A DNA stretch of 64,000 bases from the human T2T-CHM13v2.0 reference genome, Homo sapiens: assembly GCF_009914755.1 (NCBI RefSeq), contig NC_060939.1; one strand, 5' to 3'. Both the position numbers and the translations under genes were made by a program. The notes beneath the pieces are model-generated. The model made no database searches and was not told the origin of the DNA. It saw only the letters and a program-made list of their open reading frames with translations. This document shows positions 54,001-64,000 of this stretch, in pieces (within the stretch, counting starts at the first letter, position 1; each line of letters starts with the position of its first letter).

Positions 54001-57000
54001 CAACGAAATTTTCAATGCTCTCAAAATATCCTCTTGTAGATTCTACAAAAAGAGTGTTTCCAAACTGCTGTATCAAAACAAAGGTTCATCTCTGTTAGTT
54101 GAGGACACACATCACAAATAAGTTTCTGAGAATGCTTCTGTCTAGTTCTTATTTGAAGACATTTCCTTTCTCACCTTAGGCCTGAAAGCGCTCGAAATAC
54201 CCACTTCCAGATACTACAGAAACAGTGATTCAAACCTGCTCTATGAAAGGGAATGTTCAACTAGGTGACTTGAATGCAAACATCACAAAGCAGTTTCTGA
54301 GAATGCTGCTGTCTACTTTCTATTTGTAATCCCGTTTCCAACGAAATCCTCAGAACTATCGAAATTTCCAATTGCAGATTCCACAGAAACAGGGTTTCAA
54401 AGCTGCTCTGTAAAAAGAAAGGTTCAACTCTGTTAGTTGAATACACACGTCACAAACAAGTTTCTGAGAATGCTTCTGTCTAGTTTTTATGGGAAGATAT
54501 TTCCTTTTTCACCGTAGGCCTCAAAGCGCTCCAAATGTCCACGTCCACATACTACAAAAAGAGTGTTTCAAACCTGCTGTATGAAAGGGAATGTTCAACT
54601 CTATGAGTTGAATGCAAACATTACAAAGAAGTTTCTGAGAATGCTTCTGTCTAGATTTTATATGAAGGTTTTCCCGTTTCCAACGAAATTTTCAATGCTC
54701 TCAAAATATCCACTTGTAGATTCTACAAAAAGAGTGTTTCCAAACTGCTGTGTCAAAAGAAAGGTTCAACTCTGTTAGTTGAGGACACACATCACAAATA
54801 AGTTTCTGAGAATGCTTCTGTCTAGTTCTTATTTGAAGACATTTCCTTTCTCACCTTAGGCCTGAAAACGCTCGAAATATCCACTTCCAGATACGACAGA
54901 AACAGTGATTCAAACCTGCTCTATGAAAGGGAATGTTCAACTAGGTGACTTGAATGCAAACATCACAAAGCAGTTTCTGAGAATGCTGCTGTCTACTTTC
55001 TATTTGTAATCCCGTTTCCAACGAAATCCTCAGAACTATCGAAATTTCCAATTGCAGATTCCACAAAAAGCGTGTTTCAAAGCTGCTCTGTAAAAAGAAA
55101 GGTTCAACTCTGTTAGTTGAATACACACGTCACAAACAAGTTTCTGAGAATGCTTCTGTCTAGTTTTTATGGGAAGATATTTCCTTTTTCACCGTAGGCC
55201 TCAAAGCGCTCCAAATGTCCACTTCCACATACTACAAAAAGAGTGTTTCAAACCTGCTCTATGATAGGGAATGTTGAAACCTATGAGTTGAATGCAAGCA
55301 TTACAAAGAGGTTTCTGAGAATGCTTCTGTCTAGATTTTATATGTAGATATTCCCGTTTCCAACGAAATCCTCAAAGCTATCCAAATATCAACTTGCAGA
55401 TTCTACAAAAGGAATGTTTCCAAAATGCTGTATCCAAACAAAGGTTCAACTCTGTGAATTGAGGGCATACATCACAAAGAAGATTCTGAGAATGCTTCTG
55501 TCTAGATTTTATATGAAAATATTCCCGTTTCCAACGAAATCCTCAAAGCTATCCAAATATCCACTTGCAAATGCCACAAAAAGAGTGTTTCCAAACTGCT
55601 CTGTGAAAAGGAAGGTTCAACTCTGTTAGTTGAGTACACACATCACAAAGAGGTTTCTGAGAATGCTGCTGACTAGTTTTTATTTGAAGATATTTCCCTT
55701 TTCACCTTAGGCCTAAGAGTGCTCGAAATGTCCATTTCCACATACTCCACAAAGTGTGTTTCAAACGTGCTGTATGAAAGGGAATGTTCAACTCTATGAG
55801 TTGAATGCAAACATCACAAAGAAGACTCTGAGAATGCTTTTGTCTAGATTTTATATGAAGATATTCCCGTGTCCAACGAAATTTTCAAAGGTCTCCAAAT
55901 ATCCATTTGTAGATTCTACAAAAAGAGTGTTTCCAAACTGCTGTATCAAAACAAAGGTTGAACTCTGTGAGTTGAGGACACACATCACAAATAAGTTTCT
56001 GAGAATGCTTCTGTCTAGTTTTTATTTGAAGATGTTTCCTTTTTCACCATAGGCCTGAAAGCGCTCGAAATGTCCACTTCCAGATAGTACAGAAAGAGTG
56101 TTTCAAACCTGCTCTATGAACGGGAATGTTCAGCTCTGTGAGTTGAATGCAAACATCACAAAGCAGGTTCCGAGAATGCTTCCGTCTAGATTTTAAATGA
56201 GGATATTCCCGTTTCCAACGAAATCCTCGAAGCTATCCAAATATCCACTTGCAGATTCCACAAAAAGAGTGTTTCAAAACTGCTCTGTCAAAAGATAGGT
56301 TCAACTCTGTTAGTTGAGTACACACATGGCAAACAAGATTGCGAGAATGCTTTCGTCTAGTTTTTTTGGGAAGATATTTCCTTCTTCACCATAGGCCTCA
56401 AAGCGCTCCAAATATCCATTTCCACATGCTATACAAAGAGTGTCTCAAACCTGCTGTATGAATGGGAATGTTCAACTCTATGAGTTGAATGCAAACATCA
56501 CAAAGAAGTTTCTGAGAATGCTGCTGTCTAGATTTTATATGAAGGTTTTCCCGCTTCCAACGAAATTTTCAATGCTCTCAAAATATCCTCTTGTAGATTC
56601 TACAAAAAGAGTGTTTCCAAACTGCTGTATCAAAACAAAGGTTCATCTCTGTTAGTTGAGGACACACATCACAAATAAGTTTCTGAGAATGCTTCTGTCT
56701 AGTTCTTATTTGAAGACATTTCCTTTCTCACCTTAGGCCTGAAAGCGCTCGAAATACCCACTTCCAGATACTACAGAAACAGTGATTCAAACCTGCTCTA
56801 TGAAAGGGAATGTTCAACTAGGTGACTTGAATGCAAACATCACAAAGCAGTTTCTGAGAATGCTGCTGTCTACTTTCTATTTGTAATCCCGTTTCCAACG
56901 AAATCCTCAGAACTATCGAAATTTCCAATTGCAGATTCCACAGAAACAGGGTTTCAAAGCTGCTCTGTAAAAAGAAAGGTTCAACTCTGTTAGTTGAATA

Positions 57001-60000
57001 CACACGTCACAAACAAGTTTCTGAGAATGCTTCTGTCTAGTTTTTATGGGAAGATATTTCCTTTTTCACCGTAGGCCTCAAAGCGCTCCAAATGTCCACG
57101 TCCACATACTACAAAAAGAGTGTTTCAAACCTGCTGTATGAAAGGGAATGTTCAACTCTATGAGTTGAATGCAAACATTACAAAGAAGTTTCTGAGAATG
57201 CTTCTGTCTAGATTTTATATGAAGGTTTTCCCGTTTCCAACGAAATTTTCAATGCTCTCAAAATATCCACTTGTAGATTCTACAAAAAGAGTGTTTCCAA
57301 ACTGCTGTGTCAAAAGAAAGGTTCAACTCTGTTAGTTGAGGACACACATCACAAATAAGTTTCTGAGAATGCTTCTGTCTAGTTCTTATTTGAAGACATT
57401 TCCTTTCTCACCTTAGGCCTGAAAACGCTCGAAATATCCACTTCCAGATACGACAGAAACAGTGATTCAAACCTGCTCTATGAAAGGGAATGTTCAACTA
57501 GGTGACTTGAATGCAAACATCACAAAGCAGTTTCTGAGAATGCTGCTGTCTACTTTCTATTTGTAATCCCGTTTCCAACGAAATCCTCAGAACTATCGAA
57601 ATTTCCAATTGCAGATTCCACAAAAAGCGTGTTTCAAAGCTGCTCTGTAAAAAGAAAGGTTCAACTCTGTTAGTTGAATACACACGTCACAAACAAGTTT
57701 CTGAGAATGCTTCTGTCTAGTTTTTATGGGAAGATATTTCCTTTTTCACCGTAGGCCTCAAAGCGCTCCAAATGTCCACTTCCACATACTACAAAAAGAG
57801 TGTTTCAAACCTGCTCTATGATAGGGAATGTTGAAACCTATGAGTTGAATGCAAGCATTACAAAGAGGTTTCTGAGAATGCTTCTGTCTAGATTTTATAT
57901 GTAGATATTCCCGTTTCCAACGAAATCCTCAAAGCTATCCAAATATCAACTTGCAGATTCTACAAAAGGAACGTTTCCAAAATGCTGTATCCAAACAAAG
58001 GTTCAACTCTGTGAATTGAGGGCATACATCACAAAGAAGATTCTGAGAATGCTTCTGTCTAGATTTTATATGAAAATATTCCCGTTTCCAACGAAATCCT
58101 CAAAGCTATCCAAATATCCACTTGCAAATGCCACAAAAAGAGTGTTTCCAAACTGCTCTGTGAAAAGGAAGGTTCAACTCTGTTAGTTGAGTACACACAT
58201 CACAAAGAGGTTTCTGAGAATGCTGCTGACTAGTTTTTATTTGAAGATATTTCCCTTTTCACCTTAGGCCTAAGAGTGCTCGAAATGTCCATTTCCACAT
58301 ACTCCACAAAGTGTGTTTCAAACGTGCTGTATGAAAGGGAATGTTCAACTCTATGAGTTGAATGCAAACATCACAAAGAAGATTCTGAGAATGCTTTTGT
58401 CTAGATTTTATATGAAGATATTCCCGTGTCCAACGAAATTTTCAAAGGTCTCCAAATATCCATTTGTAGATTCTACAAAAAGAGTGTTTCCAAACTGCTG
58501 TATCAAAACAAAGGTTGAACTCTGTGAGTTGAGGACACACATCACAAATAAGTTTCTGAGAATGCTTCTGTCTAGTTTTTATTTGAAGATGTTTCCTTTT
58601 TCACCATAGGCCTGAAAGCGCTCGAAATGTCCACTTCCAGATAGTACAGAAAGAGTGTTTCAAACCTGCTCTATGAACGGGAATGTTCAGCTCTGTGAGT
58701 TGAATGCAAACATCACAAAGCAGGTTCCGAGAGTGCTTCCGTCTAGATTTTAAATGAGGATATTCCCGTTTCCAACGAAATCCTCGAAGCTATCCAAATA
58801 TCCACTTGCAGATTCCACAAAAAGAGTGTTTCAAAACTGCTCTGTCAAAAGATAGGTTCAACTCTGTTAGTTGAGTACACACATGGCAAACAAGATTGCG
58901 AGAATGCTTTCGTCTAGTTTTTTTGGGAAGATATTTCCTTCTTCACCATAGGCCTCAAAGCGCTCCAAATATCCATTTCCACATGCTATACAAAGAGTGT
59001 CTCAAACCTGCTGTATGAATGGGAATGTTCAACTCTATGAGTTGAATGCAAACATCACAAAGAAGTTTCTGAGAATGCTGCTGTCTAGATTTTATATGAA
59101 GGTTTTCCCGCTTCCAACGAAATTTTCAATGCTCTCAAAATATCCTCTTGTAGATTCTACAAAAAGAGTGTTTCCAAACTGCTGTATCAAAACAAAGGTT
59201 CATCTCTGTTAGTTGAGGACACACATCACAAATAAGTTTCTGAGAATGCTTCTGTCTAGTTCTTATTTGAAGACATTTCCTTTCTCACCTTAGGCCTGAA
59301 AGCGCTCGAAATACCCACTTCCAGATACTACAGAAACAGTGATTCAAACCTGCTCTATGAAAGGGAATGTTCAACTAGGTGACTTGAATGCAAACATCAC
59401 AAAGCAGTTTCTGAGAATGCTGCTGTCTACTTTCTATTTGTAATCCCGTTTCCAACGAAATCCTCAGAACTATCGAAATTTCCAATTGCAGATTCCACAG
59501 AAACAGGGTTTCAAAGCTGCTCTGTAAAAAGAAAGGTTCAACTCTGTTAGTTGAATACACACGTCACAAACAAGTTTCTGAGAATGCTTCTGTCTAGTTT
59601 TTATGGGAAGATATTTCCTTTTTCACCGTAGGCCTCAAAGCGCTCCAAATGTCCACGTCCACATACTACAAAAAGAGTGTTTCAAACCTGCTGTATGAAA
59701 GGGAATGTTCAACTCTATGAGTTGAATGCAAACATTACAAAGAAGTTTCTGAGAATGCTTCTGTCTAGATTTTATATGAAGGTTTTCCCGTTTCCAACGA
59801 AATTTTCAATGCTCTCAAAATATCCACTTGTAGATTCTACAAAAAGAGTGTTTCCAAACTGCTGTGTCAAAAGAAAGGTTCAACTCTGTTAGTTGAGGAC
59901 ACACATCACAAATAAGTTTCTGAGAATGCTTCTGTCTAGTTCTTATTTGAAGACATTTCCTTTCTCACCTTAGGCCTGAAAACGCTCGAAATATCCACTT

Positions 60001-63000
60001 CCAGATACGACAGAAACAGTGATTCAAACCTGCTCTATGAAAGGGAATGTTCAACTAGGTGACTTGAATGCAAACATCACAAAGCAGTTTCTGAGAATGC
60101 TGCTGTCTACTTTCTATTTGTAATCCCGTTTCCAACGAAATCCTCAGAACTATCGAAATTTCCAATTGCAGATTCCACAAAAAGCGTGTTTCAAAGCTGC
60201 TCTGTAAAAAGAAAGGTTCAACTCTGTTAGTTGAATACACACGTCACAAACAAGTTTCTGAGAATGCTTCTGTCTAGTTTTTATGGGAAGATATTTCCTT
60301 TTTCACCGTAGGCCTCAAAGCGCTCCAAATGTCCACTTCCACATACTACAAAAAGAGTGTTTCAAACCTGCTCTATGATAGGGAATGTTGAAACCTATGA
60401 GTTGAATGCAAGCATTACAAAGAGGTTTCTGAGAATGCTTCTGTCTAGATTTTATATGTAGATATTCCCGTTTCCAACGAAATCCTCAAAGCTATCCAAA
60501 TATCAACTTGCAGATTCTACAAAAGGAATGTTTCCAAAATGCTGTATCCAAACAAAGGTTCAACTCTGTGAATTGAGGGCATACATCACAAAGAAGATTC
60601 TGAGAATGCTTCTGTCTAGATTTTATATGAAAATATTCCCGTTTCCAACGAAATCCTCAAAGCTATCCAAATATCCACTTGCAAATGCCACAAAAAGAGT
60701 GTTTCCAAACTGCTCTGTGAAAAGGAAGGTTCAACTCTGTTAGTTGAGTACACACATCACAAAGAGGTTTCTGAGAATGCTGCTGACTAGTTTTTATTTG
60801 AAGATATTTCCCTTTTCACCTTAGGCCTAAGAGTGCTCGAAATGTCCATTTCCACATACTCCACAAAGTGTGTTTCAAACGTGCTGTATGAAAGGGAATG
60901 TTCAACTCTATGAGTTGAATGCAAACATCACAAAGAAGATTCTGAGAATGCTTTTGTCTAGATTTTATATGAAGATATTCCCGTGTCCAACGAAATTTTC
61001 AAAGGTCTCCAAATATCCATTTGTAGATTCTACAAAAAGAGTGTTTCCAAACTGCTGTATCAAAACAAAGGTTGAACTCTGTGAGTTGAGGACACACATC
61101 ACAAATAAGTTTCTGAGAATGCTTCTGTCTAGTTTTTATTTGAAGATGTTTCCTTTTTCACCATAGGCCTGAAAGCGCTCGAAATGTCCACTTCCAGATA
61201 GTACAGAAAGAGTGTTTCAAACCTGCTCTATGAACGGGAATGTTCAGCTCTGTGAGTTGAATGCAAACATCACAAAGCAGGTTCCGAGAGTGCTTCCGTC
61301 TAGATTTTAAATGAGGATATTCCCGTTTCCAACGAAATCCTCGAAGCTATCCAAATATCCACTTGCAGATTCCACAAAAAGAGTGTTTCAAAACTGCTCT
61401 GTCAAAAGATAGGTTCAACTCTGTTAGTTGAGTACACACATGGCAAACAAGATTGCGAGAATGCTTTCGTCTAGTTTTTTTGGGAAGATATTTCCTTCTT
61501 CACCATAGGCCTCAAAGCGCTCCAAATATCCATTTCCACATGCTATACAAAGAGTGTCTCAAACCTGCTGTATGAATGGGAATGTTCAACTCTATGAGTT
61601 GAATGCAAACATCACAAAGAAGTTTCTGAGAATGCTGCTGTCTAGATTTTATATGAAGGTTTTCCCGCTTCCAACGAAATTTTCAATGCTCTCAAAATAT
61701 CCTCTTGTAGATTCTACAAAAAGAGTGTTTCCAAACTGCTGTATCAAAACAAAGGTTCATCTCTGTTAGTTGAGGACACACATCACAAATAAGTTTCTGA
61801 GAATGCTTCTGTCTAGTTCTTATTTGAAGACATTTCCTTTCTCACCTTAGGCCTGAAAGCGCTCGAAATACCCACTTCCAGATACTACAGAAACAGTGAT
61901 TCAAACCTGCTCTATGAAAGGGAATGTTCAACTAGGTGACTTGAATGCAAACATCACAAAGCAGTTTCTGAGAATGCTGCTGTCTACTTTCTATTTGTAA
62001 TCCCGTTTCCAACGAAATCCTCAGAACTATCGAAATTTCCAATTGCAGATTCCACAGAAACAGGGTTTCAAAGCTGCTCTGTAAAAAGAAAGGTTCAACT
62101 CTGTTAGTTGAATACACACGTCACAAACAAGTTTCTGAGAATGCTTCTGTCTAGTTTTTATGGGAAGATATTTCCTTTTTCACCGTAGGCCTCAAAGCGC
62201 TCCAAATGTCCACGTCCACATACTACAAAAAGAGTGTTTCAAACCTGCTGTATGAAAGGGAATGTTCAACTCTATGAGTTGAATGCAAACATTACAAAGA
62301 AGTTTCTGAGAATGCTTCTGTCTAGATTTTATATGAAGGTTTTCCCGTTTCCAACGAAATTTTCAATGCTCTCAAAATATCCACTTGTAGATTCTACAAA
62401 AAGAGTGTTTCCAAACTGCTGTGTCAAAAGAAAGGTTCAACTCTGTTAGTTGAGGACACACATCACAAATAAGTTTCTGAGAATGCTTCTGTCTAGTTCT
62501 TATTTGAAGACATTTCCTTTCTCACCTTAGGCCTGAAAACGCTCGAAATATCCACTTCCAGATACGACAGAAACAGTGATTCAAACCTGCTCTATGAAAG
62601 GGAATGTTCAACTAGGTGACTTGAATGCAAACATCACAAAGCAGTTTCTGAGAATGCTGCTGTCTACTTTCTATTTGTAATCCCGTTTCCAACGAAATCC
62701 TCAGAACTATCGAAATTTCCAATTGCAGATTCCACAAAAAGCGTGTTTCAAAGCTGCTCTGTAAAAAGAAAGGTTCAACTCTGTTAGTTGAATACACACG
62801 TCACAAACAAGTTTCTGAGAATGCTTCTGTCTAGTTTTTATGGGAAGATATTTCCTTTTTCACCGTAGGCCTCAAAGCGCTCCAAATGTCCACTTCCACA
62901 TACTACAAAAAGAGTGTTTCAAACCTGCTCTATGATAGGGAATGTTGAAACCTATGAGTTGAATGCAAGCATTACAAAGAGGTTTCTGAGAATGCTTCTG

Positions 63001-64000
63001 TCTAGATTTTATATGTAGATATTCCCGTTTCCAACGAAATCCTCAAAGCTATCCAAATATCAACTTGCAGATTCTACAAAAGGAATGTTTCCAAAATGCT
63101 GTATCCAAACAAAGGTTCAACTCTGTGAATTGAGGGCATACATCACAAAGAAGATTCTGAGAATGCTTCTGTCTAGATTTTATATGAAAATATTCCCGTT
63201 TCCAACGAAATCCTCAAAGCTATCCAAATATCCACTTGCAAATGCCACAAAAAGAGTGTTTCCAAACTGCTCTGTGAAAAGGAAGGTTCAACTCTGTTAG
63301 TTGAGTACACACATCACAAAGAGGTTTCTGAGAATGCTGCTGACTAGTTTTTATTTGAAGATATTTCCCTTTTCACCTTAGGCCTAAGAGTGCTCGAAAT
63401 GTCCATTTCCACATACTCCACAAAGTGTGTTTCAAACGTGCTGTATGAAAGGCAATGTTCAACTCTATGAGTTGAATGCAAACATCACAAAGAAGACTCT
63501 GAGAATGCTTTTGTCTAGATTTTATATGAAGATATTCCCGTGTCCAACGAAATTTTCAAAGGTCTCCAAATATCCATTTGTAGATTCTACAAAAAGAGTG
63601 TTTCCAAACTGCTGTATCAAAACAAAGGTTGAACTCTGTGAGTTGAGGACACACATCACAAATAAGTTTCTGAGAATGCTTCTGTCTAGTTTTTATTTGA
63701 AGATGTTTCCTTTTTCACCATAGGCCTGAAAGCGCTCGAAATGTCCACTTCCAGATAGTACAGAAAGAGTGTTTCAAACCTGCTCTATGAACGGGAATGT
63801 TCAGCTCTGTGAGTTGAATGCAAACATCACAAAGCAGGTTCCGAGAATGCTTCCGTCTAGATTTTAAATGAGGATATTCCCGTTTCCAACGAAATCCTCG
63901 AAGCTATCCAAATATCCACTTGCAGATTCCACAAAAAGAGTGTTTCAAAACTGCTCTGTCAAAAGATAGGTTCAACTCTGTTAGTTGAGTACACACATGG

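Larger units (their letters stand above)
1..64000 (-). repeat. Alpha-satellite higher-order repeat array (centromeric, 15-mer 2557-bp HOR); probable SF2 family, candidate D15Z3/S2C15H1L
   Basis: ~171-bp AT-rich monomers contain hallmark motifs AAGTTTCTGAGAATGCTTCTGTCTAG and GTTCAACTCTGTGAGTTGAATGCA (reverse complement of the alphoid consensus). The ORF track recurs every 2557 bp (194, 2751, 5308...). Alpha-satellite identity is near certain; the chromosome assignment is only about 0.6. Confidence 0.99.

Noticed and set aside
57971-58186. Missing 71-aa ORF in U23, suggesting a structural change or pseudogene
   Set aside because: It is caused by a single T>C at 57972 (ATG>ACG). The unit length is still 2557 bp.
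194-63723. About 150 short ORFs (61-98 aa) recurring in every HOR, for example MFQTCCMKGNVQLYELNANITKK...
   Set aside because: They are translations of alpha-satellite monomers; 171 bp is a multiple of 3, so frames persist across monomers. Many begin at GTG/TTG-type codons, there is no gene structure, and similar 'proteins' in databases are known satellite-derived artefacts.
1-64000. CRISPR-like appearance of regularly spaced conserved motifs (TTCTGAGAATGCTT, CENP-B boxes)
   Set aside because: The intervening sequence is itself repeated rather than unique spacers, the period is 171 bp, and there are no cas genes.
1-64000. Transposon insertion, inversion or non-satellite island hidden in the array
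   Set aside because: All landmark spacings are accounted for (2557, 2553 or 1877 bp) and orientation never changes, leaving no room for an insertion.

Overview
The whole 64 kb window is primate (human-type) centromeric alpha-satellite DNA, read antisense to the usual CATTCTCAGAAACTT... consensus. It is an uninterrupted head-to-tail higher-order repeat (HOR) array of about 25 copies. The dominant unit is 2557 bp, made of 15 monomers (13 x 171 bp + 2 x 167 bp) and carrying 8 CENP-B boxes. One unit is a 1877-bp 11-mer and three units are 2553 bp because of a 4-bp deletion. Units are numbered here U1-U26 from a fixed landmark at 194, 2751, 5308, 7865, 10422, 12979, 15532, 18089, 20642, 23199, 25752, 28309, 30866, 32743, 35300, 37857, 40414, 42971, 45528, 48085, 50642, 53199, 55756, 58313, 60870 and 63427. 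Copies differ by only a few bases, as expected for a homogeneous 'live' HOR array. Alternating A-box/B-box monomers and an 11/15-mer structure suggest suprachromosomal family 2, most plausibly chr15 D15Z3 (S2C15H1L); that assignment is from recall and has not been verified. I see no genes, transposon insertions, inversions or CRISPR array, and the listed ORFs are repeat artefacts. I found no evidence of a new gene-encoded system. The interesting signal is array evolution: an internal 4-mer duplication, a hybrid 11-mer, two-HOR tandem duplications, recombinant haplotypes, CENP-B box variants and clustering of polymorphisms at one monomer position. Variants were found by eye, so some may have been missed.
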